This document shows positions 45,259 through 56,872 of a stretch of 64,000 nucleotides of DNA, in pieces (within the stretch, counting starts at the first letter, position 1; every line of letters begins with the position of its first letter). Location: assembly GCF_003334335.1 (NCBI RefSeq), contig NZ_QOWQ01000003.1; one strand, written 5' to 3'. The position numbers and the translations under genes were made by a program. The stretch comes from Escherichia coli. GTDB taxonomy: Bacteria; Pseudomonadota; Gammaproteobacteria; Enterobacterales; Enterobacteriaceae. The notes beneath the pieces were generated by a model, which was not told the DNA's origin, did no database searches, and saw only the letters and a program-made list of their open reading frames with translations.

Positions 45259-46473
45259 ATGAAAAATCCCTATTTCCCTACCGCACTTGGGTTGTATTTT
45301 AATTACCTGGTGCATGGTATGGGCGTCCTTTTGATGAGCCTGAATATGGCCTCGCTGGAGACACTTTGGCAGACTAATGCCGCGGGTGTCTCGATAGTTA
45401 TCTCATCGCTGGGCATTGGTCGATTAAGTGTCTTGCTTTTTGCAGGATTATTATCCGATCGCTTTGGTCGCCGCCCTTTTATCATGCTCGGGATGTGCTG
45501 CTATATGGCCTTCTTTTTTGGCATCCTGCAGACCAATAACATCATTATCGCTTATGTTTTTGGCTTTCTGGCGGGAATGGCAAACAGTTTTCTCGATGCA
45601 GGCACTTATCCCAGTTTGATGGAAGCTTTTCCACGCTCACCTGGGACAGCCAATATTTTAATTAAAGCATTTGTTTCCAGCGGACAATTTTTATTACCGC
45701 TAATCATTAGCCTGTTAGTGTGGGCTGAACTGTGGTTCGGTTGGTCCTTTATGATTGCTGCAGGCATTATGTTTATTAACGCTCTGTTTTTATACCGTTG
45801 TACGTTCCCACCCCATCCGGGTCGTCGCTTACCTGTCATAAAGAAAACCACCAGCTCTACGGAACATCGCTGTTCAATTATCGATTTAGCCAGTTATACC
45901 TTATATGGCTATATCTCAATGGCAACGTTTTATCTGGTTAGCCAGTGGCTGGCACAGTACGGACAATTTGTTGCAGGCATGTCATACACTATGTCGATCA
46001 AACTACTCAGTATCTACACCGTGGGTTCGCTGCTTTGTGTATTTATTACCGCTCCACTCATTCGTAATACCGTTCGCCCAACAACATTACTGATGCTGTA
46101 CACCTTTATCTCATTTATTGCTCTGTTTACCGTCTGCCTGCATCCCACATTTTATGTGGTGATAATATTTGCTTTTGTCATTGGTTTTACCTCTGCTGGA
46201 GGTGTTGTGCAAATTGGCCTGACGTTAATGGCTGAACGTTTCCCTTACGCTAAAGGTAAAGCTACAGGGATCTATTACAGTGCGGGCAGTATTGCGACCT
46301 TTACTATTCCGTTGATTACGGCTCATCTGTCCCAAAGAAGTATTGCCGATATTATGTGGTTCGATACCGCCATCGCTGCCATCGGTTTTTTACTGGCACT
46401 GTTTATCGGCTTACGCAGCCGCAAAAAAACGCGGCATCACTCGCTAAAGGAAAATGTCGCTCCGGGTGGGTAA
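45259..46473 (+). CDS. ydiM: MFS transporter YdiM
   Basis: ORF track 404 aa; 12-TM profile. Confidence 0.87.
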   Translation: MKNPYFPTALGLYFNYLVHGMGVLLMSLNMASLETLWQTNAAGVSIVISSLGIGRLSVLLFAGLLSDRFGRRPFIMLGMCCYMAFFFGILQTNNIIIAYVFGFLAGMANSFLDAGTYPSLMEAFPRSPGTANILIKAFVSSGQFLLPLIISLLVWAELWFGWSFMIAAGIMFINALFLYRCTFPPHPGRRLPVIKKTTSSTEHRCSIIDLASYTLYGYISMATFYLVSQWLAQYGQFVAGMSYTMSIKLLSIYTVGSLLCVFITAPLIRNTVRPTTLLMLYTFISFIALFTVCLHPTFYVVIIFAFVIGFTSAGGVVQIGLTLMAERFPYAKGKATGIYYSAGSIATFTIPLITAHLSQRSIADIMWFDTAIAAIGFLLALFIGLRSRKKTRHHSLKENVAPGG

Positions 46474-46699
46474 TGCAATATTCTTTTCAGGTCATGCAAG
46501 ATCTTACGGATAAATAACTCTTTCTGCGCTAACTAAGGAAAATCGCGATCAAAAACAAACTATGACATGCAATATTCCTGGAAACATAAACTTTATGCCA
46601 TGTACCCAGGGAAAATCATCTTCAGTATAGTAATTATGTAAACCGTCGGAGAACAATACGTACGGTAACGAAATTATCTTTCAGCAAGGAGCTGTGAAA

Positions 46700-47965
46700 A
46701 TGTCTCAAAATAAGGCTTTCAGCACGCCATTTATCCTGGCTGTTCTTTGTATTTACTTCAGCTACTTCCTGCACGGCATTAGTGTTATTACGCTTGCCCA
46801 AAATATGTCATCTCTGGCGGAAAAGTTTTCCACTGACAACGCGGGCATTGCCTACTTAATTTCCGGTATCGGTTTGGGGCGATTGATCAGTATTTTATTC
46901 TTCGGTGTGATCTCCGATAAGTTTGGTCGTCGGGCGGTGATATTAATGGCAGTAATAATGTATCTGCTATTCTTCTTTGGTATTCCCGCTTGCCCGAATT
47001 TAACTCTCGCCTACGGTCTGGCAGTGTGCGTAGGTATCGCTAACTCAGCGCTGGATACGGGTGGCTACCCCGCGCTCATGGAATGCTTTCCGAAAGCCTC
47101 TGGTTCGGCGGTCATACTGGTTAAAGCGATGGTGTCATTTGGGCAAATGTTCTACCCAATGCTGGTGAGCTATATGTTGCTCAATAATATCTGGTACGGC
47201 TATGGGCTGATTATTCCGGGTATTCTATTTGTACTGATCACGCTGATGCTGTTGAAAAGCAAATTCCCCAGCCAGTTGGTGGACGCCAGCGTAACTAATG
47301 AATTACCGCAAATGAACAGCAAACCGTTAGTCTGGCTGGAAGGTGTTTCATCGGTACTGTTCGGTGTAGCCGCATTCTCGACCTTTTATGTGATTGTGGT
47401 GTGGATGCCCAAATATGCGATGGCTTTTGCTGGTATGTCAGAAGCTGAGGCATTAAAAACCATCTCTTATTACAGTATGGGCTCGTTGGTCTGTGTCTTT
47501 ATTTTTGCCGCACTACTGAAAAAAATGGTCCGGCCCATCTGGGCTAATGTATTTAACTCTGCACTGGCAACAATAACAGCAGCCATTATCTACCTGTACC
47601 CTTCTCCACTGGTGTGCAATGCCGGAGCCTTTGTTATCGGTTTCTCAGCAGCTGGCGGCATTTTACAGCTCGGCGTTTCGGTCATGTCAGAGTTTTTTCC
47701 CAAAAGCAAAGCCAAAGTCACCAGTATTTATATGATGATGGGTGGACTGGCTAACTTTGTTATTCCACTGATTACCGGTTATCTGTCGAACATCGGCCTG
47801 CAATATATCATTGTTCTCGATTTTACTTTCGCGCTGCTGGCCCTGATTACCGCAATTATTGTTTTTATCCGCTATTACCGCGTTTTCATTATTCCTGAAA
47901 ATGATGTGCGGTTTGGCGAGCGTAAATTTTGCACCCGGTTAAACACAATTAAGCATAGAGGTTAA
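46700..47965 (+). CDS. ydiN: MFS transporter YdiN
   Basis: Start at MSQNK with SD AAGGAG; 421 aa; paralogous to ydiM. Confidence 0.87.
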
Positions 47966-47976
47966 AGGAGTTAATT

Positions 47977-48843
47977 ATGGATGTTACCGCAAAATACGAA
48001 TTGATTGGGTTGATGGCCTATCCTATCCGCCACAGTTTATCGCCCGAAATGCAGAATAAAGCCTTAGAAAAAGCGGGATTGCCATTTACCTATATGGCCT
48101 TCGAAGTGGATAACGATAGCTTTCCTGGAGCAATTGAAGGATTAAAAGCCCTCAAAATGCGCGGAACTGGTGTATCGATGCCGAACAAACAACTGGCGTG
48201 TGAATATGTTGATGAATTAACACCAGCTGCCAAACTGGTGGGGGCCATCAACACCATCGTTAATGATGATGGCTATCTGCGTGGCTATAACACCGACGGC
48301 ACGGGCCATATTCGCGCCATTAAAGAGAGCGGTTTTGATATCAAAGGCAAAACGATGGTGCTGTTAGGGGCCGGTGGTGCCTCAACGGCAATTGGCGCGC
48401 AGGGGGCAATTGAAGGTTTAAAAGAAATTAAACTCTTTAACCGTCGGGATGAGTTCTTCGATAAAGCCCTCGCCTTCGCGCAGCGGGTTAATGAAAACAC
48501 CGATTGTGTCGTCACGGTCACCGATCTCGCCGATCAGCAAGCCTTTGCTGAAGCCCTGGCTTCCGCCGACATTTTAACCAATGGCACAAAAGTGGGTATG
48601 AAACCCCTTGAGAATGAATCATTGGTTAATGATATCAGTCTGTTACATCCGGGACTTCTGGTCACTGAATGCGTGTATAACCCGCATATGACGAAGTTAT
48701 TGCAGCAGGCGCAACAAGCTGGTTGCAAAACGATTGATGGATACGGCATGTTGTTGTGGCAAGGGGCTGAACAGTTCACATTATGGACTGGCAAAGATTT
48801 CCCTCTGGAATATGTTAAACAGGTCATGGGGTTCGGTGCCTGA
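47977..48843 (+). CDS. ydiB: Quinate/shikimate 5-dehydrogenase YdiB
   Basis: ORF track 288 aa; Rossmann GAGGA motif; precedes aroD. Confidence 0.9.
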
Positions 48844-48873
48844 CAGGCTGACCGCGTGCAGAAAGGGTAAAAA

Positions 48874-49632
48874 ATGAAAACCGTAACTGTAAAAGATCTC
48901 GTCATTGGTACGGGCGCACCTAAAATCATCGTCTCGCTGATGGCGAAAGATATCGCCAGCGTGAAATCCGAAGCTCTCGCCTATCGTGAAGCGGACTTTG
49001 ATATTCTGGAATGGCGTGTGGACCACTATGCCGACCTCTCCAATGTGGAGTCTGTCATGGCGGCAGCAAAAATTCTCCGTGAGACCATGCCAGAAAAACC
49101 GCTGCTGTTTACCTTCCGCAGTGCCAAAGAAGGCGGCGAGCAGGCGATTTCCACCGAGGCTTATATTGCACTCAATCGTGCAGCCATCGACAGCGGCCTG
49201 GTTGATATGATCGATCTGGAGTTATTTACCGGTGATGATCAGGTTAAAGAAACCGTCGCCTACGCCCACGCGCATGATGTGAAAGTAGTCATGTCCAACC
49301 ATGACTTCCATAAAACGCCGGAAGCCGAAGAAATCATTGCCCGTCTGCGCAAAATGCAATCCTTCGACGCCGATATTCCTAAGATTGCGCTGATGCCGCA
49401 AAGTACCAGCGATGTGCTGACGTTGCTTGCCGCGACCCTGGAGATGCAGGAGCAGTATGCCGATCGTCCAATTATCACGATGTCGATGGCAAAAACTGGC
49501 GTAATTTCTCGTCTGGCTGGTGAAGTATTTGGCTCGGCGGCAACTTTTGGTGCGGTAAAAAAAGCGTCTGCGCCAGGGCAAATCTCGGTAAATGATTTGC
49601 GCACGGTATTAACTATTTTACACCAGGCATAA
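48874..49632 (+). CDS. aroD: 3-dehydroquinate dehydratase type I
   Basis: ORF track 252 aa; recognised AroD sequence. Confidence 0.93.
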   Translation: MKTVTVKDLVIGTGAPKIIVSLMAKDIASVKSEALAYREADFDILEWRVDHYADLSNVESVMAAAKILRETMPEKPLLFTFRSAKEGGEQAISTEAYIALNRAAIDSGLVDMIDLELFTGDDQVKETVAYAHAHDVKVVMSNHDFHKTPEAEEIIARLRKMQSFDADIPKIALMPQSTSDVLTLLAATLEMQEQYADRPIITMSMAKTGVISRLAGEVFGSAATFGAVKKASAPGQISVNDLRTVLTILHQA

Positions 49633-49774
49633 GCAATAATATTTCGGCGGGAACACCCTCCCCGCCGAACTAAAAAATATATTCAATCGTATTTAATAAA
49701 AATATTTCGTGAGTCTCTGTGCGCTAATTCTCCATTTGGCGTAGGGAAAATCACATCTGAATCAGGAATTAACA

Positions 49775-51370
49775 ATGAAACCTGTAAAACCACCTCGTAT
49801 TAATGGACGAGTGCCGGTCCTGTCGGCACAGGAAGCGGTGAATTATATTCCCGACGAAGCAACACTTTGTGTGTTAGGCGCTGGCGGCGGTATTCTGGAA
49901 GCCACCACGTTAATTACTGCTCTTGCTGATAAATATAAACAGACTCAAACACCACGTAATTTATCGATTATTAGTCCAACAGGGCTTGGCGATCGCGCCG
50001 ACCGTGGTATTAGTCCTCTGGCGCAAGAAGGTCTGGTGAAATGGGCATTATGTGGTCACTGGGGACAATCGCCGCGTATTTCTGAACTCGCAGAACAAAA
50101 TAAAATTATTGCTTATAACTACCCACAAGGTGTACTTACACAAACCTTACGCGCCGCCGCAGCCCACCAGCCTGGTATTATTAGTGATATTGGCATCGGG
50201 ACATTTGTCGATCCACGCCAGCAAGGCGGCAAACTGAATGAAGTCACTAAAGAAGACCTGATTAAACTGGTCGAGTTTGATAACAAAGAATATCTCTATT
50301 ACAAAGCGATTGCGCCAGATATTGCCTTCATTCGCGCTACCACCTGCGACAGTGAAGGCTACGCCACTTTTGAAGATGAGGTGATGTATCTCGACGCATT
50401 GGTTATTGCCCAGGCGGTGCACAATAACGGCGGTATTGTGATGATGCAGGTGCAGAAAATGGTTAAGAAAGCCACGCTGCATCCTAAATCTGTCCGTATT
50501 CCGGGTTATCTGGTGGATATTGTGGTGGTCGATCCGGATCAAACCCAACTGTATGGCGGTGCACCGGTTAACCGCTTTATTTCTGGTGACTTCACCCTTG
50601 ATGACAGTACCAAACTTAGCCTGCCCCTAAACCAACGTAAATTAGTTGCGCGGCGCGCATTATTCGAAATGCGTAAAGGCGCGGTGGGGAATGTCGGCGT
50701 CGGTATTGCTGACGGCATTGGCCTGGTCGCCCGAGAAGAAGGTTGTGCTGATGACTTTATTCTGACGGTAGAAACAGGTCCGATTGGCGGAATTACTTCA
50801 CAGGGGATCGCCTTTGGCGCGAACGTGAATACCCGTGCCATTCTGGATATGACGTCCCAGTTTGATTTTTATCACGGTGGCGGTCTGGATGTTTGTTATT
50901 TGAGTTTTGCTGAAGTCGACCAGCACGGTAACGTCGGCGTGCATAAATTCAATGGTAAAATCATGGGCACCGGTGGATTTATTGATATCAGTGCCACTTC
51001 GAAGAAAATCATTTTCTGCGGCACATTAACTGCGGGCAGTTTAAAAACAGAAATTACCGACGGCAAATTAAATATCGTCCAGGAAGGACGGGTGAAGAAA
51101 TTTATTCGGGAACTACCGGAAATTACTTTCAGCGGAAAAATCGCTCTCGAGCGAGGGCTGGATGTTCGTTATATCACTGAGCGCGCAGTATTCACGCTGA
51201 AAGAAGACGGCCTGCATTTAATCGAAATCGCCCCTGGCGTCGATTTACAAAAAGATATTCTCGACAAAATGGATTTCACCCCAGTGATTTCGCCAGAACT
51301 CAAACTGATGGACGAAAGATTATTTATCGATGCGGCGATGGGTTTTGTCCTGCCTGAAGCGGCTCATTAA
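49775..51370 (+). CDS. ydiF: Acyl-CoA:acetate CoA-transferase family protein YdiF
   Basis: ORF track 531 aa; fused alpha/beta CoA-transferase domains. Confidence 0.88.
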   Translation: MKPVKPPRINGRVPVLSAQEAVNYIPDEATLCVLGAGGGILEATTLITALADKYKQTQTPRNLSIISPTGLGDRADRGISPLAQEGLVKWALCGHWGQSPRISELAEQNKIIAYNYPQGVLTQTLRAAAAHQPGIISDIGIGTFVDPRQQGGKLNEVTKEDLIKLVEFDNKEYLYYKAIAPDIAFIRATTCDSEGYATFEDEVMYLDALVIAQAVHNNGGIVMMQVQKMVKKATLHPKSVRIPGYLVDIVVVDPDQTQLYGGAPVNRFISGDFTLDDSTKLSLPLNQRKLVARRALFEMRKGAVGNVGVGIADGIGLVAREEGCADDFILTVETGPIGGITSQGIAFGANVNTRAILDMTSQFDFYHGGGLDVCYLSFAEVDQHGNVGVHKFNGKIMGTGGFIDISATSKKIIFCGTLTAGSLKTEITDGKLNIVQEGRVKKFIRELPEITFSGKIALERGLDVRYITERAVFTLKEDGLHLIEIAPGVDLQKDILDKMDFTPVISPELKLMDERLFIDAAMGFVLPEAAH

Positions 51371-51383
51371 CAGGAGTATAATG

Positions 51384-52535
51384 ATGGATTTTTCTTTAAA
51401 TGAAGAACAAGAACTGCTGCTGGCCAGTATTCGCGAACTGATTACGACTAACTTTCCGGAAGAGTATTTCCGCACCTGCGATCAAAACGGGACATATCCG
51501 CGTGAGTTTATGCGGGCGCTGGCGGATAACGGTATTTCCATGCTTGGCGTGCCGGAAGAATTTGGTGGTATCCCTGCGGATTACGTCACCCAAATGCTGG
51601 CGCTGATGGAAGTGTCAAAATGCGGTGCTCCGGCATTTTTAATTACCAACGGTCAATGTATTCACAGTATGCGCCGTTTCGGTTCTGCAGAGCAGCTACG
51701 TAAAACGGCAGAGAGCACCCTGGAAACGGGTGATCCCGCCTATGCCCTGGCGTTGACGGAACCAGGTGCTGGCTCAGATAACAACAGTGCCACTACCACT
51801 TACACGCGTAAAAACGGCAAGGTCTACATCAACGGACAAAAAACCTTTATTACCGGTGCGAAAGAGTACCCGTATATGCTGGTGCTGGCGCGCGATCCGC
51901 AACCGAAAGATCCCAAAAAAGCCTTCACCCTGTGGTGGGTCGACTCCAGTAAGCCCGGCATTAAGATTAACCCGCTGCATAAAATCGGCTGGCATATGCT
52001 CAGCACCTGCGAAGTCTATCTCGACAACGTGGAGGTTGAAGAGAGCGACATGGTGGGCGAAGAAGGAATGGGTTTCCTCAATGTGATGTACAACTTTGAG
52101 ATGGAGCGCCTGATCAACGCCGCGCGCAGCACCGGCTTTGCCGAATGCGCCTTTGAAGATGCCGCCCGCTATGCCAACCAACGTATCGCTTTTGGTAAGC
52201 CCATTGGTCATAACCAGATGATCCAGGAAAAACTGGCGCTGATGGCGATTAAGATCGACAACATGCGCAACATGGTGCTGAAAGTGGCATGGCAAGCCGA
52301 TCAGCATCAGTCACTGCGCACCAGCGCGGCGCTGGCAAAACTGTACTGTGCACGTACCGCAATGGAAGTCATTGATGATGCGATTCAAATCGTGGGCGGT
52401 CTGGGCTATACCGATGAGGCGCGCGTCTCCCGCTTCTGGCGTGATGTCCGTTGTGAACGTATCGGCGGCGGTACAGACGAAATTATGATTTACGTAGCAG
52501 GTCGGCAGATCCTGAAAGACTATCAGAACAAATAA
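51384..52535 (+). CDS. ydiO: Acyl-CoA dehydrogenase family protein YdiO
   Basis: Start at MDFSLNEEQ (383 aa); ORF track extends 18 codons upstream. Confidence 0.88.
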   Translation: MDFSLNEEQELLLASIRELITTNFPEEYFRTCDQNGTYPREFMRALADNGISMLGVPEEFGGIPADYVTQMLALMEVSKCGAPAFLITNGQCIHSMRRFGSAEQLRKTAESTLETGDPAYALALTEPGAGSDNNSATTTYTRKNGKVYINGQKTFITGAKEYPYMLVLARDPQPKDPKKAFTLWWVDSSKPGIKINPLHKIGWHMLSTCEVYLDNVEVEESDMVGEEGMGFLNVMYNFEMERLINAARSTGFAECAFEDAARYANQRIAFGKPIGHNQMIQEKLALMAIKIDNMRNMVLKVAWQADQHQSLRTSAALAKLYCARTAMEVIDDAIQIVGGLGYTDEARVSRFWRDVRCERIGGGTDEIMIYVAGRQILKDYQNK

Positions 52536-52537
52536 TC

Positions 52538-52575
52538 TGCAGGCGGCGCAGCTTCTTAACAAACTGCGCCGCCAG
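52538..52575. terminator. Hairpin between convergent ydiO and ydiP
   Basis: GGCGGCGCAG-N12-CTGCGCCGCC. Confidence 0.45.
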
Positions 52576-52577
52576 AT

Positions 52578-53489
52578 TTATCCAACAAGACTTACCGGTT
52601 GAGGAAATTCAGATAGGATTTCTTGTTCCGCAAAACAGTTTTTAAATTGTCTACGGTAATCGCTGGGCGAACAACCGACATGGCGCAAAAACAGTTTGGC
52701 AAAGTGATCGACATTTTCATAACCCACACGCCAGGAGATCTCTGCCTGTGATAATTCAGTATTAGTGAGTGACCATTTTGCTTCCGTCATACGCCGTTGA
52801 ATAACATAGTTAATAGGGGAAATACGATACTCTTTGGTAAATTCATGGCAAATATAACTGACGCTGGCACGAAATTTTTTCGATAACTGTTCTAAAGTGA
52901 TTTTTTCGCGATAATTATTATTCAGATAGAAAAGAATATCTTTTATCAGAACATCTTTTTTAATATACCCCTGCTCCGAACGATAAGCATTTTTAAAATT
53001 TTCGTAGTAAAGAATGGCTAACGTATAGGCAAATGCATCCCATAACGAAGATGTTTGGCTATTTTTACTTTGCGGCAAAATCACACTTAGCTCATTAAAT
53101 AAGGTTTTTATGACTTCTTTTCCCTGCCCCGCGGCAATTACCGGACAAGAATGCGGTTGCAGTAGCTGATTTTCCTCAGCCCCCTGAAACTGAAAGCCGT
53201 ACAGCGCACAGGTACACGTCGTTGCCGGATCGTTAACGTCAGAGGCCACCGCATGCAGCCTGCCGCGTTCTATCACCACAATGTCATCCGCATGTGCGAC
53301 ATATAACGAAGAATCGATGGTAAACCTTGCAACCCCTTTCTTGACGTAAATCAACTCGGTTTCATTGTCATGAACGTGATGTCCGGACTCCCATTTTGGA
53401 TCATCGCTAAATGCAAAACGTGAAAGCCGTGGCGTTTTACCGGCGACAAACAGCGTTTCACTGGCGTTATCAAAACAGCGTTGATACAT
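52578..53489 (-). CDS. ydiP: AraC-family transcriptional regulator YdiP
   Basis: ORF track 303 aa; C-terminal AraC-type HTH. Confidence 0.87.
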   Translation of the reverse strand: MYQRCFDNASETLFVAGKTPRLSRFAFSDDPKWESGHHVHDNETELIYVKKGVARFTIDSSLYVAHADDIVVIERGRLHAVASDVNDPATTCTCALYGFQFQGAEENQLLQPHSCPVIAAGQGKEVIKTLFNELSVILPQSKNSQTSSLWDAFAYTLAILYYENFKNAYRSEQGYIKKDVLIKDILFYLNNNYREKITLEQLSKKFRASVSYICHEFTKEYRISPINYVIQRRMTEAKWSLTNTELSQAEISWRVGYENVDHFAKLFLRHVGCSPSDYRRQFKNCFAEQEILSEFPQPVSLVG

Positions 53490-53804
53490 GACAACCTCCC
53501 TATTCCATGAGCAAGCAAAAACAATATATGCCGGATAAAATACGGCGTGTATTGCGGTTATACAACCGCGTTTAGCGAGAGCTAAACAAGATTATTTACA
53601 CTGAATGCAAGATTGTACGGTCATGGAATAACTATATTGCCGCAAATTGCACTTTTGTTTTAGCGATCGCATTTTTTTTGCAAGATTGTTGGCAAGGAAA
53701 ACAGCTTGCTCCGTCGAAAACCCCGCACCGCTATCGCACACTATTTTCAGGCCATTTTTACCTTCCATCGGAGATGGTTCCGTATGCGACTCACAGGAGA
53801 AATC

Positions 53805-54569
53805 ATGAAAATAATAACCTGCTTTAAGCTGGTGCCTGAAGAACAGGACATTGTTGTCACTCCAGAATACACCCTGAATTTCGACAATGCCGACGCCAAA
53901 ATCAGCCAGTTCGATCTCAATGCCATTGAAGCTGCAAGCCAGCTCGCAACAGATGACGATGAGATAGCCGCGCTGACCGTTGGCGGCTCATTGTTGCAGA
54001 ACTCGAAAGTGCGCAAAGACGTGCTATCCCGCGGGCCGCACAGCCTGTATTTGGTGCAGGATGCGCAACTTGAACATGCACTGCCTCTCGATACCGCAAA
54101 AGCGCTGGCGGCAGCAATTGAAAAGATCGGCTTCGATTTACTGATCTTTGGTGAAGGTTCCGGCGACCTTTATGCCCAGCAGGTTGGCTTGCTGGTCGGA
54201 GAAATTCTGCAACTTCCGGTGATTAATGCAGTGAGTGCTATTCAGCGTCAGGGCAATACACTGGTGATTGAACGCACGCTTGAAGATGATGTTGAAGTTA
54301 TTGAACTCTCTGTTCCAGCCGTGCTCTGCGTCACCTCCGATATTAACGTGCCACGCATTCCTTCGATGAAAGCCATTCTCGGCGCGGGTAAAAAACCGGT
54401 AAATCAGTGGCAGGCAAGTGATATTGACTGGAGCCAGAGCGCGCCACTTGCTGAACTGGTCGGCATTCGCGTACCGCCGCAAACAGAACGTAAGCACATC
54501 ATTATCGATAACGATTCGCCGGAGGCCATTGCCGAGCTGGCGGAACATCTGAAGAAAGCCCTGAACTGA
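53805..54569 (+). CDS. ydiQ: Electron transfer flavoprotein beta-subunit homologue YdiQ (FixA-like)
   Basis: Start at MKIITCFK with SD AGGAGA (254 aa); ORF track extends 33 codons upstream. Confidence 0.88.
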   Translation: MKIITCFKLVPEEQDIVVTPEYTLNFDNADAKISQFDLNAIEAASQLATDDDEIAALTVGGSLLQNSKVRKDVLSRGPHSLYLVQDAQLEHALPLDTAKALAAAIEKIGFDLLIFGEGSGDLYAQQVGLLVGEILQLPVINAVSAIQRQGNTLVIERTLEDDVEVIELSVPAVLCVTSDINVPRIPSMKAILGAGKKPVNQWQASDIDWSQSAPLAELVGIRVPPQTERKHIIIDNDSPEAIAELAEHLKKALN

Positions 54570-54588
54570 AGCCTACGGAGAAGAAACG

Positions 54589-55527
54589 ATGAGTCAATTA
54601 AACAGCGTCTGGGTCTTTAGCGATAATCCTGAACGTTATGCTGAACTGTTTGGCGGCGCTCAGCAATGGGGCCAACAGGTGTATGCCATTGTACAAAATA
54701 CCGACCAGGCGCAGGCAGTTATGCCTTATGGTCCAAAATGTCTTTATGTTCTTGCGCAAAACGACGCGCTGCAACGCACTGAAAATTACGCCGAAAGCAT
54801 TGCTGCCCTGCTGAAAGATAAACACCCCGCTATGTTGCTGTTGGCCGCGACGAAACGTGGTAAAGCGCTGGCAGCACGGTTAAGTGTGCAACTGAATGCG
54901 GCGCTGGTGAACGATGCCACGGCGGTGGATATTGTCGATGGTCACATTTGCGCCGAACACCGGATGTATGGCGGGTTAGCGTTCGCTCAGGAAAAGATCA
55001 ACAGCCCGCTGGCGATCATTACCCTTGCACCCGGTGTTCAGGAACCGTGCACCAGTGATACCTCTCATCAGTGCCCGACAGAAACGGTACCTTATGTTGC
55101 TCCGCGTCATGAAATTCTCTGTCGCGAACGCCGTGCGAAAGCCGCAAGCAGCGTGGACCTGAGCAAAGCAAAACGTGTGGTTGGCGTCGGTCGTGGACTG
55201 GCGGCGCAGGATGACCTAAAAATGGTCCACGAACTGGCGGCGGTGCTGAATGCTGAAGTCGGCTGTTCACGTCCAATTGCCGAAGGCGAGAACTGGATGG
55301 AGCGTGAACGTTATATCGGTGTCTCCGGCGTGTTGCTGAAATCCGATCTCTACCTGACGCTGGGGATCTCCGGGCAGATCCAGCATATGGTTGGCGGCAA
55401 CGGCGCAAAAGTGATTGTCGCCATCAATAAAGATAAAAATGCGCCAATCTTCAACTATGCCGACTACGGTCTGGTGGGCGATATCTACAAAGTCGTCCCT
55501 GCCCTGATTAGCCAGTTGAGCCGCTAA
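54589..55527 (+). CDS. ydiR: Electron transfer flavoprotein alpha-subunit homologue YdiR (FixB-like)
   Basis: ORF track 312 aa. Confidence 0.88.
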   Translation: MSQLNSVWVFSDNPERYAELFGGAQQWGQQVYAIVQNTDQAQAVMPYGPKCLYVLAQNDALQRTENYAESIAALLKDKHPAMLLLAATKRGKALAARLSVQLNAALVNDATAVDIVDGHICAEHRMYGGLAFAQEKINSPLAIITLAPGVQEPCTSDTSHQCPTETVPYVAPRHEILCRERRAKAASSVDLSKAKRVVGVGRGLAAQDDLKMVHELAAVLNAEVGCSRPIAEGENWMERERYIGVSGVLLKSDLYLTLGISGQIQHMVGGNGAKVIVAINKDKNAPIFNYADYGLVGDIYKVVPALISQLSR

Positions 55528-55582
55528 TTCCCCTTTCAACCACATCTCCCGCTGTAAACGCAGCGGGAAGGGAGCATAACGC

Positions 55583-56872
55583 ATGTCGGATGACAAATTT
55601 GATGCCATTGTGGTCGGTGCGGGCGTTGCTGGTAGCGTTGCCGCACTGGTCATGGCACGAGCCGGGCTGGATGTCCTGGTGATAGAACGCGGCGACAGTG
55701 CCGGATGTAAAAACATGACCGGCGGGCGTCTTTATGCCCACACACTTGAAGCAATCATTCCAGGCTTTGCAGTATCAGCGCCGGTAGAACGCAAGGTCAC
55801 ACGCGAGAAAATCTCCTTCTTAACCGAAGAAAGCGCCGTTACCCTCGATTTTCACCGCGAGCAGCCAGATGTTCCGCAACACGCATCTTATACCGTATTG
55901 CGTAATCGTCTGGACCCGTGGTTGATGGAACAAGCCGAGCAGGCGGGCGCGCAGTTTATCCCAGGCGTTCGCGTCGACGCGCTGGTTCGTGAAGGAAACA
56001 AGGTCACTGGCGTGCAGGCTGGGGATGATATTCTCGAAGCGAATGTGGTGATTCTGGCTGATGGCGTTAACTCGATGCTTGGCCGCTCGCTGGGAATGGT
56101 TCCCGCTTCCGATCCGCATCATTACGCTGTTGGTGTTAAAGAGGTTATTGGCCTCACACCAGAACAGATCAACGATCGCTTTAATATTACGGGCGAGGAA
56201 GGTGCCGCCTGGCTGTTTGCCGGTTCCCCTTCTGACGGCCTGATGGGCGGGGGATTTCTCTATACCAACAAGGATTCCATATCCTTGGGGCTGGTTTGTG
56301 GATTGGGTGATATCGCCCATGCGCAAAAAAGCGTGCCGCAAATGCTGGAAGATTTTAAACAACACCCCGCCATTCGCCCGCTGATTAGCGGCGGCAAACT
56401 GCTTGAATATTCCGCGCATATGGTGCCGGAAGGCGGTCTGGCAATGGTGCCGCAACTGGTTAACGAGGGCGTGATGATCGTTGGTGACGCCGCAGGCTTC
56501 TGCCTGAATTTGGGTTTTACGGTCCGCGGCATGGATTTAGCCATTGCATCGGCTCAGGCTGCCGCCACAACGGTGATCGCCGCCAAAGAACGCGCGGATT
56601 TCTCCGCCAGCAGTCTGGCGCAATACAAACGTGAGCTGGAACAAAGCTGCGTCATGCGTGATATGCAGCATTTTCGCAAGATCCCGGCGCTGATGGAAAA
56701 CCCGCGCCTGTTTAGCCAATACCCACGAATGGTAGCCGACATCATGAACGAGATGTTCACCATCGACGGCAAACCAAACCAGCCGGTACGAAAAATGATC
56801 ATGGGACATGCGAAGAAAATTGGGCTGATCAACTTGCTGAAAGATGGCATTAAGGGAGCAACCGCGCTATGA
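55583..56872 (+). CDS. ydiS: ETF-quinone oxidoreductase-like flavoprotein YdiS (FixC-like)
   Basis: ORF track 429 aa; N-terminal FAD motif IVVGAGVAGS. Confidence 0.88.
   Translation: MSDDKFDAIVVGAGVAGSVAALVMARAGLDVLVIERGDSAGCKNMTGGRLYAHTLEAIIPGFAVSAPVERKVTREKISFLTEESAVTLDFHREQPDVPQHASYTVLRNRLDPWLMEQAEQAGAQFIPGVRVDALVREGNKVTGVQAGDDILEANVVILADGVNSMLGRSLGMVPASDPHHYAVGVKEVIGLTPEQINDRFNITGEEGAAWLFAGSPSDGLMGGGFLYTNKDSISLGLVCGLGDIAHAQKSVPQMLEDFKQHPAIRPLISGGKLLEYSAHMVPEGGLAMVPQLVNEGVMIVGDAAGFCLNLGFTVRGMDLAIASAQAAATTVIAAKERADFSASSLAQYKRELEQSCVMRDMQHFRKIPALMENPRLFSQYPRMVADIMNEMFTIDGKPNQPVRKMIMGHAKKIGLINLLKDGIKGATAL

Noticed and set aside
49645-49667. Hairpin CGGCGGG...CCCGCCG after aroD as intrinsic terminator
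   Set aside because: Stem is present but no U-tract follows on the plus strand, so it is not called as a terminator.
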